This document shows, in pieces, positions 53,330 through 64,000 of a stretch of DNA of 64,000 bases (the first letter of the stretch is position 1; each line of letters opens with the position of its first letter). The notes beneath the pieces were generated by a model. The model did no database searches. It saw only the letters and a program-made list of their open reading frames with translations, and was not told the origin of the DNA. Both the position numbers and the translations under genes were made by a program. Origin of the DNA: Rhina ancylostomus (taxonomy: Eukaryota); assembly GCA_030265395.1 (NCBI GenBank), contig JARFYF010000001.1:110133632-110197631 (forward strand). The letters are read 5' to 3'.

Positions 53330-54810
53330 TTAGCCAAGCTGATCTAGAACATCAATGTAGTAGGAAGCGCTGTCATCAATAAGGTTATCAAAGGCCAATT
53401 CCTCACCAATAACCTGCCAGCTAATGATTGATTTAGGTCTTGGCAACACTAATTAGGACTATCAGAGCTGTGCTCCTAATGTGAACAAAAGAGCTGAATT
53501 CCAGAGATGAAGTGAGAATGACTGGCCTTGACATCAAGGCAACACTTGACCAACTGTGGTACCAAGAAGTCCTGGTAATGGGAATCAAGGGGATAATTCT
53601 CCATTGGATACATCACATGTAGGAAGATGTCGATTGTTTTTANNNNNNNNNNNNNNNNNNNNNNNNNNNNNNNNNNNNNNNNNNNNNNNNNNNNNNNNNN
53701 NNNNNNNNNNNNNNNNNNNNNNNNNNNNNNNNNNNNNNNNNNGATTGTTTTTAAAGTCAATCACTTTGGCCTCTGAACATCACTGAAGGTATTCCTCTGG
53801 GCAGTGTCTTGGGCCCAATTTTGTCGTCGGTGATCTGACCTCCTTTATCCAAAGTGGGCTTGTTCATTGATGACTGTGCAATGCTCAGGTCCATTTGCAG
53901 CTCCTCAGATGGTAAAGTAGTTTGTTCCCATATACAACAGGACCAGGATATCATTCAGGGACAGGCTGAATGGTAGTAAGCAAGCTTTGCCACACAAACA
54001 AACTCTACCATAGAATCTGATCACTTTCACTTGAACTTCATCAGCATCATTATTGCTGAATTCTTCAATAGCAGCATATTGAATTGAAATTTAACTGGAC
54101 CAACCATAAAATTAGAAGCAAAGTTTTCTGTAGTGAGTGATTCGCTGTCTGACACCTTAAACACTTACGACCGTCTACAAGGTCTGTTGCATAACGACAT
54201 CTGTTGCATAATGAAACATCCTTCATTTTCCTGGGTGAGAGAAGATCTGAGAAGACTAAAGAAGTTCAACAGGATTCAGGGTAAAGTATCCTGCTTAAAT
54301 AGAATCTAAATTGTGCCTTAAATAAAAACAGAATTGCTGTAAAAACTCAGCCAATCAATCAGCATCTTCTGTATGGAAAGAGCAACCAGTTAATGTTTCA
54401 GGTCAATAACTCTTTCTTGGAACTGTGTTTCTGTTTTTTTTTTGTTTTGATGTCCTTCAAAAACCATTTCTGTTTCAAATTCCAACATCTGCAGTTTTAC
54501 TTATTTCCATTTGTATCTTAAATGACCACCACAATGCACCGCAGATTCATGTGTGCCACCTACAGGATGAACTGAAGCATCTTGCCAGTGTTTCATTGAC
54601 TGATCACTACTGTTTGGGAGAAGGGCAGTGGATACATGGGAATACCACCACCTACAATTTTTCCCTAAAATTATAATCTATTCTGATTTCTTTCACCACT
54701 TCTTTATTGTCAATGGTTAAAGCAAGTTCACCACATGGATTGCAATTGTTCAATGAGGTGGCCCACCATCTACTTCTCAAAGTTGGATGGCTTTGACAGT
54801 AAGTCCCACG
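53330..54810 (+). mobile_element. Old LINE RT remnant (same family as 17.3-18.8 kb) with an inverted-repeat-family insert at ~54320-54500
   Basis: gtgagaatgactggccttgacatcaaggcaaca (VRMTGLDIKAT); ggtattcctctgggcagtgtcttgggccca (GIPLGSVLGP). Confidence 0.65.
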
Positions 54811-54911
54811 TATTGTGAAAGATTTTAAAAAGTGTCTCAATGCAGATGGGTTAAGGGCACTTCTGGTGCAGCCTGACCTATTTGTCAAACCTTCATTTGT
54901 TTCTCTCCAGC

Positions 54912-55006
54912 AAAAAGATAAGATAAAATATCTTTATTAGTCACATGTACATGGACACGCACAGTGAAATGCATCTTTTGTGTAGAGTGCTCTGGGGGCA
55001 GCCCGC
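54912..55006 (-). mobile_element. 3' tail of a SINE/LINE, same tail type as the SINE at 61340-61618
   Basis: aagataagataaaatatctttattagtcacatgtac...cacagtgaaatgcatctttt...ctgggggcagcccgc. Confidence 0.6.
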
Positions 55007-58000
55007 TTTTCCAGCGGGAAGTACATTAAGATGCTTCTGCAGCCATAGAGAACATTGGCAGGACCAACAAATAGGCTCCTGAATTAATTGAATGACAAAG
55101 GCAACAGCAAATTCAGGAATCGGCCCAGCTATTTGCTTTCAGATGAACAGCTCAACTAGTCGAGTGGCAGTGGAACCACGAGTGCTTTCCTACTGAGGAC
55201 AGATGGCAGGTTTGTGCTTCATGGAGGCATTGTGACTCCTGCAGGTGAAACCCTCATCAATCTGAGTCATTTGTGGGAGAATAAACTGTAGCTCTGGCAG
55301 AGGTACCATAACGCCCCCACTGGCACCCAGATTCTTGATGCTCACACTCTGGGCTCTCATGACATAAGCCTAAGCTTCCACAGCAGCACCTCAATATCAT
55401 TTAGCCTCTGTCGGTCTGCAATTAAACCTGAGGCATTGGCCATTATGGTTGGGTCTGGAAGCAACCTAACCCACTACCTAAAGATTCTGAATTGCTTATG
55501 AAATCTTTGGCAGGCCCGCCAATGAATCAAACACTTTGTTGAGAATAAAGTGTACATCAGCTGAGTCACCTGCAGGAGATCTTATGTGGTACTTTGCCCT
55601 TTTTGGGAGATGTTCCCTGCATGAGTCTTTTCCCTGGCCCTGCCCATAGGTAGCTCTTGCCCACTGCCTCACCACCCTTAAACTAGCCTCTCACTTACAC
55701 GTCGGTCTGTATCTTTGTGCTGGCTGCATGTTAAATTGAGTGACAATATATATTCATCATCACTGTCTGCTGATCAATGACTTCCAAAGAGGTTGCAATT
55801 TTTGAATCAAGTAGGGAAAAAATAAGATTTGCTTCCTTCCACCATTTATCACTTGCATGTAAGTAGAAATGATATGTTGAGAGGGACGTGGTTATAATAT
55901 GAAGGAATAGATATGAGGATACATTCATTTTGGGGATGTGGTGATGGGGCAGGAATTGGACTTGAGGCACCAGATCAGCCATGACCTTATTAAGAGATTG
56001 AGATGTCCTAAGGGATATGAGTCCTACTGTTGCCATTTCTGATGCTTTGCTAATGTCCTATGGTTTCAGTCCCATGGCTGTCTACTATCTCAGTTAAAGC
56101 CACTCCAATCATGCAAACACTATCTTCTTGATGATGATATGATAATGCAACTGTACCTGTCCCTCACCAGTCAACTGATGGTATGTAGTTGAGTCAATGG
56201 CAGTTTGTTATCCGTCAAATACGAGTGTAACAGTTCTGAATGTTTGGAGCAAATGAGTTATTTGGTGCAAGTCTTGCTTCATAGAGATCACTGAGTGATG
56301 CATTAATCATTGTTGCCATCGGTGGGATATGACTTTTGAAGATTATTCACTAACTCTGTGGTACTGCATTCAGACAGGTACTAGCCATCCAGGATATTGT
56401 AACCCTGATGAAGCATGCAGGCAACAGACAGTACAGTTTGTGCTGTCTGCATGTGGAAATTAAGTAAATGTTCCAGCAGCATGAAATTAGAGGGCACGGG
56501 TTAGTTGCCAGTCACCATCACTGGGCATGTTTTCAGATTTAGTCTCTTATTTCTTCTGGGTTGTTAATTAGTGATGAAGGATTGCTAATTTAACATTATA
56601 ACTAAGGGAGGTCAGAAGAAAATTATTTATACAAAGTTTGTTGGATCATGGAATGCTTTGTTATTCTGAATTGATGAGTAGAGACCATTGCATTTTTTTA
56701 AATAAATGAGACTAATACCTGAAGAAGTTTAAGAGGCATTATTAGGGAATTCATGCAGAGAGGTCAGCTCTGGCTTGTTCTAGCAAGGAAATACTGCACA
56801 CACAATGGTCTGATCTTTTTCCTATTTTGCACATAACAAAAATATAGGAATCATGTGTTGCATTGTTTTGGTGCTGTTGCTTTGGAAACACATTCTGACA
56901 ATGCAAGGGGAGTTTTAGATGGCATATGCAGTAAAAAAATGTAATATCCATAAGCTAATTCATGGTATGATTATTGCTTTATTTATACACTAAAATAAAT
57001 TAACCAAATTACTGGATCATTGAAATAAATCGCATTGTATTCAGGAAGGCAAGTAAATTTAAACATCAGTCTTGGATTCTTTCTGCTGACTCCCTCTCAC
57101 CTCTAGTTTTATGGTTATCTTACAATTTTTTTAAAGCCTGTAAGTATCTTTATTGTTGTGTAGACAATTCTACTTATGGATTGATAAATTTGGAATACAT
57201 CATTAATTAGGCTCCTTAATCTGTACTGTTGGGAAAGATATCAGCTTTTGTCCCAGTGCAGACATTGTGCCAGGTGACTTGTATCATAATTGAGGTAAGT
57301 TGCCACACACGTTGCCCAGATCTTACAAGGACTGGATCCATATTGGAGAGTAAAGAGAGCTCTGACATGTTTTATGGCATCAAATACCCAGGAATTGGAG
57401 TTGTGGAACCAAAAGCTATGAATATATTAATGAAATTTAAGTTTTGTGCTTGATGGTGAATTCTTTTTTCTGGAAAGGTAGCAGAATTTGATTATCCTGA
57501 AATTGAGCATAAAACACTGCATCTTACTGAGCAATGAGGATGGAGAGTAAGGCCCTCAAAGGAAGTGATCACTGAGATCTGCCACCATTGCTTTAGAATC
57601 TCAGTGCCTGCGGAACTGAAGTGGCTGCACCAGCTGTGGAAGTAATGTCACTGGGCTATTGATGAGTTCTGTTCCAATCCACTCCACGTAGGCCACAGCA
57701 GACATCAACCAAATCGTCCTGTCTGTAGTACACCTCTGATCAAGGAAGCTGACAGATGTTCTCTACGTTGGGAAAGAGCAAATTATCTCCTTCTCTTTGG
57801 GGAGAGAAAAGAGAGTATGGCCATTCAGCTTTGCTGGCATTGCAGGCTTCCCCATGGTTTGGGGGCTGATTGGTTACATGTGTATGACACAAGGTTACCA
57901 ATCAGCACTAAAACAGATGAGTAAATTGTGTGTGACCACACATAGAGAAACTTAGTGGAAAATCAATGCACTAAGGAAACTCAAATAATTTGTACATACT

Positions 58001-58039
58001 TAGGCAGTCAGTTATGCCCAACATACTGGAATGATACAC

Positions 58040-58296
58040 ATAAGGAGTATTCCATGTGGTTAAAGAAGTTGGATCTGTCTTCTTTGGAGTGTAGAAGAAT
58101 AAGTGGTGATCTTATTGAAACATATAAGATCTTAAGAGAGCATGACAAGATATATGTTGAATTATTTCCACAAGTGCAAGAGTCTCAAACAAAGGTACAT
58201 GGTTTCAAGATAAGGTTCTTTAACATTAACTGTTTCTCTTCCTGCAGACGCTGCCTGACCTGCTGAGTGTTTCCAGCATTTTTTGTTTTTATTTCA
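58040..58296 (+). mobile_element. CR1 ORF2 remnant joined to a Penelope-type terminal motif
   Basis: ORF 57955 contains LSSLECRRISGDLIETYKIL; followed by cagacgctgcctgacctgctgagtgtttccagcatt. Confidence 0.65.
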
Positions 58297-61103
58297 GGGC
58301 CTTGGGAAACATTGAGCCAAAGGCTGCAATATTTGGATACAGAATTAAATGCTGATCTTGGTTCCTTTGCTGTCTGAGCTGTGTAGCAACTTCACAGCGG
58401 CGACCTGGCCATCAATGAATTTTATCTTACAAATGAGAAAACCAAACAATAGGCCATGTCTGTATTAATTCAGGAGACCCAGTGACTTCCAGGCACATTT
58501 CTTCCCACAGGATGTCATTCATGGAATTAAACAATACAATTGTCCATATCTTTCTTGGACACTGTATGTGATGTTTTTGAATTTTAATGCAGAAAGATTA
58601 AAGTTAAACACATACAAAAAACTGCAACTAAATGTAATTTATTTACCACTGAATCATCATTTGATAAAATTAAGCTTTTCAAATTCATAAGTAATATGCC
58701 ATTTAGATATTCGTGAATGTCAAAATGATCAGTCAACCTGTCATGTTAGAGAAGACTCTGACAGAGATTAAAAAATCAAAAACTCCATGGAACACAGCAT
58801 TCCCTAAAGGACTCTTGGGATACCAAAACAAAGTTGGGGGAAGGGAAATTCAGACTGTTGCTGAATTAAGTAATTATGTGTTGTTCAGGAAGCTGTTAAA
58901 TGCAAGATTTTTTGCAAGTTAAGTTTTAAAATTATGGTACAGTTTGAGTAAGTTTTACATTTTGTTTAGGAATTTCTATACATTAATTTTCTTTTAATAC
59001 TGATTCTAGAGAGTCTGTGGAATAGCCATAGACATTACAGCTATTATACATAGGTTGGACTTCTTTCTGCTGGATAAAATATTGAAATAATGCTTTTTTC
59101 TAAACCTTTTGCATTTTAGCTTCCTCTCCTGCCCTATTTTAAATCATATATTATGAAAATTATTTCTAATAATGTTAAGTAAATATTTTAAAATCTCATT
59201 CCAGATTAGACCAACACCATGGCTAAACTCACCTGAGTTGCCCACTGCCTAGAATCTAAAGCTATTGAAACTCAGCAACAAAAGGTACCTCTGTCATGAA
59301 TCAAGTTCAGAGATTTCCCATGAAAACAGTAAGCACTCTTATAATTAAATCTGTTATTAAACTGGAAGTTGTGCCAGTCATGTTGAACCTTAGCTTTCCT
59401 AACTTTAATTCATTTAATTCAAATGGTGGAATTTTAAACGTAAATCATACTTCTTTTTTCCTATTTGAAGATGAGACCTCAGGGCAAATATTCATACTTG
59501 ACAAAACTGAATGGAGCATTGACACTTTACATGAAGTGTGGTATTGTGAGCAATAATAANNNNNNNNNNNNNNNNNNNNNNNNNNNNNNNNNNNNNNNNN
59601 NNNNNNNNNNNNNNNNNNNNNNNNNNNNNNNNNNNNNNNNNNNNNNNNNNNNNNNNNNNATTGTGAGCAATAATAATTTAAGTTATGACAGGCATTTTAC
59701 AAAAATCACCAAATATTAAAACAGGAGGGAAAACAGGGCAAGTAGATTTTAAACATGAAAATTAATAGTTCGTACTAATCAGTTTCTAGATTCTTGTCAA
59801 CCCTTGACAGTTCTTTTTAGAAGATGGTATAAAAGGAAATGACTGTTTGCAGTAAGAAGACAGCTTCTACATTTTCAATAACACATATCTTCTCAAACGC
59901 TCTGTTGATAACATTCTCTATACAGCATCGATAGTTCTTTGAGGCTTTCCCACATTAGAAGTTGGTGATGTGCACACAGATGATAAACATAAAATATCAA
60001 TATTTTAAAGCTCTTTAAAGCCTTATTAGTCATTTTACTTTTACAGTATTCCAAGTAAAAGCCAAAATATCATGGTGTTTTTCCTTCAGCATTTTCTATC
60101 TTTAATGGATAAGGCCTTTACAATTTCTGGCATGTCTCTTTGATTGTTGGTATTCTGGTCTTCATATGGATTTAAATGTCAGTTGAATTCTCTTGGTATC
60201 AAAGGCATTTTCTTAGAAGTAATGATTAATGGAAAGTACTTATCCCTCACATCATTCTGTTGCCACTCTCATTAATGAAGCAAAAACAGAGTTGGAAACT
60301 TGTTTTACAAGTCACCCTAGTAACAGGATGAGCAAACCAGCGTCAGTGTCCTCTCTCAGGCCAATATCCCCAGCACTGAGCCCTAGTCACATTAGTCAGC
60401 TATGTTAGGTAGGCCACATCATTTACATGCCTGACAGTTGACTCCTAAAACAGACACTCTGTTACAAGCTCTGTCATGAGAAGAGGTTAGCAGGTAGACA
60501 GAGGGAAAGATTAACTTTCTTGAAAAAAAATGTGCTTAAACTTTCTTGAAAAAAAAAGTAACATAGCTACTGATTCCTTGGAATCTCTGGCCCATAACTG
60601 CTCACTGTGGAGAAGGAGCATTTGGTTCAGTATTGAGGACCTTGGCTCCATGCTTTGGTAGCACTCAGAGGGCCTGCATAAGTAGCATAAGGAATGTACT
60701 AAGTTTCATCCCATTTCATAAACAGAAACTATGGGAGTGGAGTGTGCAAGGGTTCAGAATTCTATATTGGTTAAATTCCCAAACCATTGCCCTCCAAGTT
60801 ATAATTTTAACTGGCCATTTACTTCCATTCAGAAGTGATTGTTAGGGGTGATGTAGTTGGGGGGCTAGCTGGGTGGTGATGATGATGGGAAAGGTGAGTA
60901 CTAGATGTAGAGAGCAAACTGATAAAGAGAGTGAGTGAGGACAGATAAGCAGGTCTAATGAAAAGGAAATTCAGGAATTGTTTGTAAACATAAATAATGG
61001 CAGAAGTGAAAGTGTTAATTCAGGATCAAAAGTGAAATCTTCATATGGAAGCAGAGAGCATGGCTAAAGTACTAAATGAAAACTTCACTTCCACTATCAC
61101 TAA

Positions 61104-61238
61104 GGGCGGCATGGTAGTGTAGTGGTTAGCACGATGCTATTACAGCACCAGCGACACGGGTTCGATTCCTGCCGCTGCCTGTAAGGAGTTTGTACATTCT
61201 CCCGTGTCTGCGTGGGTTTCCTCCGGGTGCTCCGGTTT
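61104..61238 (+). mobile_element. V-SINE 5' part, truncated by the gap
   Basis: Same head and V-domain as the copies at 18037 and 62204. Confidence 0.88.
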
Positions 61239-61339
61239 NNNNNNNNNNNNNNNNNNNNNNNNNNNNNNNNNNNNNNNNNNNNNNNNNNNNNNNNNNNNNN
61301 NNNNNNNNNNNNNNNNNNNNNNNNNNNNNNNNNNNNNNC

Positions 61340-61618
61340 ACACAGTGAAATGTGTCTTTTTCTGTTAACAACCAACACTGTCTGAGAATGTGCTGGAGGT
61401 AGCCCACAAGTGTCACTATGCTTCCAGCGCCAACATAGCATGCCCACAACTCCTAATCCATATATCTTTTGGAATGTGGGAGGAAACTGGAGCACCCGGA
61501 GGAAACTCACACTGTCATGGGGAGAACATACAAACATACAGATAGCAGCAGAATTGAACCTGGGTCGCTGGCCCTGTAATAGCGAAATGCTAGCCGCTAC
61601 ACTTCCGTGGTACTGCCC
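61340..61618 (-). mobile_element. V-SINE with an alternative 3' tail
   Basis: Reverse-complement V-domain (gtgggaggaaactggagcacccggaggaaac) and tRNA head ending gtactgccc; tail differs from the + strand copies. Confidence 0.8.
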
Positions 61619-62203
61619 TTGAATAACTATTCTATTCCCTTTTGGAAGTCCCAATTGACTATGTTTCCAACATCCTTTCAGACAGTGAATTCTAGATATC
61701 CTCTTTACAAACATATCTCCTCTATCTTTTGCTCACCACTATAAATGTGTGCCTCTGGTCCTTGAACCATTCACTAATCGCTGCTCCTCTTTATTATTCC
61801 AAATCTATTATTATCTTGTACGCCTCCATCAACTTTTTTTGGTATCCTCATGCACCAAACATGAAAATAAATGCCAGGTGGCCAATTTACTTCTCAGCTC
61901 AGCACAGGAATGTCAGATTCCATTCTCACTCAGTACTAATGTATATGAAGTTTCCACACAAATTACTGCTTACCAATCAAGTGCAGGAGTCCCTGGCAAT
62001 CATCTCCTTAAGGTAAGTGCATTATGGTCAGTTGTAGCTTCCCTGTTCCTGCCCTCACTCAGTACAACTACACATGGAACAAATTCAGTTCCAGCTTTAA
62101 TCTGAAATATTATTTCTTATAGGGGTTTGATCATAAAACATGCCCAGGGTCAAAGAACAAGGTAAGTGATTTGGTCTAACCAGAATTTATGAAAATATGT
62201 TTA

Positions 62204-62452
62204 GGCAGCACGGTAGCATAGTGGTTAGCACGACGCTATTACAGTACCAGCGACCCGGGTTCGATTCCTGCCGCTGCCTGTAAGGAGTTTGTACGTTCTC
62301 CCGTGTCTGCGTGGGTTTCCTCCGGGTGCTTCGGTTTCCTCCCACATTCCAAAGACGTACAGGTAGATTAATTTGGGGTTTAAAATGGGCAGTGTGGACT
62401 CGTTGGGCCGGAAGGGCCTGTTACCAAGCTGTAAATAAAATTTTAAAAAAAA
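62204..62452 (+). mobile_element. V-SINE, full length
   Basis: A and B boxes, V-domain and gctgtaaataaaattttaaaaaaaa tail. Confidence 0.9.
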
Positions 62453-62469
62453 GAGGGTGCTGCCAGTGT

Positions 62470-63140
62470 AACACCTAAAGAGAAAATGATTGAGAAACTG
62501 GATAGGAGGAAATAGATGGAAGATGTTACCCACCACTTCTAAAAAAGGGGAGAGCATCAGATTAACATCATTAGAGACCTTATCCAAGGAGGAAAAAAAG
62601 TCAGTGGTGGCGTATTAAGCCAAATTGTATTTGACTAACTTAACTGAGTCTTTCAATGAAGTTTAAATGGATTTTCAAAATGTGTTTCTTAGCAAAACTG
62701 AACTCATAGAATTAAATAGCTAGTGGTTGCATGGTCACACAATTGACTTATAATAGGAGGCAATAACTGGTGGACAATGTTTTCAGACTGGAGGGAACAT
62801 GTGGTGGAGTCCCCCAGTGCTGGGTGTTGGGTATATCTTTCTGATATATTAGTGACCTGGACTTAAACTTACAGAGCATAATTTCAAAGTCTGTCAATAA
62901 CAAAACAAAAGCAAAAATTAACCAGCAGTGAGATGAATTGTACTGGCCTTCAGAAGAGCATTGACAGATTAGTAAAATGGGCAATCACATGCTAGGGCGT
63001 CAAGACAATGTAAATTTATAAATGTGGTGCAGAAAGGGGTACATGTACACGTGCCTTTGAAGTTGGCAGGACATTGATAAGCTAAAGAAGTTATTAAAAT
63101 ACCATACAGGATCTTTGTTTTTTTTAGAGAAAAGGGAAGT
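62470..63140 (+). mobile_element. Degenerate CR1-clade RT remnant
   Basis: tggtggagtcccccagtgctgggtgttggg (GVPQ..VLG-like), atatattagtgacctggac (YISDLD). Confidence 0.55.
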
Positions 63141-63483
63141 TATATTGAATAACACCTAAAACAGGCAAGACGATGAGAATGTGTGATTAATCCAAACCAA
63201 GAAATTTCCATTCAAAAATTATGCTGCCTGCTCATTATGATTTCAACATGCAGCCATTGCAAACAATGGCATTCATTGGCAAGGAGTGTCAGGGTGGTGG
63301 GGAGGATACTGGTGGTAAGAGCGGTGGGTTCTGTGCCATCTACAATATAGTGAGTGGAAAGCACCAGTTAAAGCTAACCTGCACCTCCTAAAGGTGCATT
63401 GTGTTGAAGTGCAGTGTGGTGGATATTCTGGCATCCAAGCTATCCAGGGAGATGATCCTACATGGGCTGATGAAGATGAAGTC

Positions 63484-63597
63484 CAGATGAAGGGTCTTGA
63501 CCTGAAATGTCGACTGTTTCCTCCACAGATGCTGCCTGACCTTCTGAGTTCCTCCAGCATTTTGTTTTTTGCTCCAGAATCTTGCATCTGCAGTCTC
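63484..63597 (+). mobile_element. Penelope-type terminal repeat fragment
   Basis: gatgaagggtcttgacctgaaatgtcgac...cacagatgctgcctgaccttctgagttcctccagcattttg. Confidence 0.65.
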
Positions 63598-64000
63598 TTG
63601 AGTCCCCACCCGACAATAAATGCTGGCCACATCTCACAAATGAACAAAAGGCATTCCTTGTCCTGTAAAAGAGAATGAAGGGAGTCAGTGAAAGTTGTGC
63701 AATATACTGGATCATGTGTTTGTCAAGCATGAATAGCTGGCAGTGTTATGATGTGTGCCTTGCAGCAATACAAAGTGTGTGAAAGTGTAGGATAATATTT
63801 GAGTGTTAGGTATGAAGCTTGAAAAGCAGAGGCTCAGCAAGGTGAGTGAATAAATGGAGTTGGTGAACTCAGCAGTGCCTGAGATTGTGCTCCAGTGGTG
63901 AGATATGGCATTTGAAGAAAGATTCACTGACATTAACTTTCTGTCTGTGTAACTTCTTGCACCCATGTGACCAGATCCTCTGCATCTCCCTCAATGGCTA

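Noticed and set aside
60514-60557. Short tandem duplication aactttcttgaaaaaaaa x2
   Set aside because: Simple local slippage with no functional signal.
61975-62017. Possible further collagen exon (GVPGNHLLK followed by gtaagt)
   Set aside because: The Gly-X-Y pattern breaks at the third triplet and there is no suitable phase-0 acceptor.

Overview
Eukaryotic genomic DNA from a cartilaginous fish, probably a ray (inferred from the V-SINE/CR1/Penelope repeat content), in a gapped draft assembly. It has three compartments. (1) About 1-26.3 kb is CpG-poor and repeat-rich. It holds three 54-bp phase-0 Gly-X-Y exons of a COL24A1/COL27A1-like fibrillar collagen and a degenerate 28-bp tandem repeat interrupted by LINEs. 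(2) About 26.5-51.5 kb is CpG-retaining and TE-poor. It carries a complete + strand otx2 gene (coding exons 39573-39669, 40158-40309, 40944-41567; 290 aa), candidate alternative promoters and conserved-looking non-coding blocks. (3) About 52-64 kb is again CpG-poor and repeat-rich. The main oddity is the collagen fragment about 20 kb upstream of the otx2 promoters, with no further Gly-X-Y exon found by eye; a scaffold mis-join is the most likely cause. I found no firm evidence of a wholly new biological system. Comparisons with human sequences are from memory and need an alignment.
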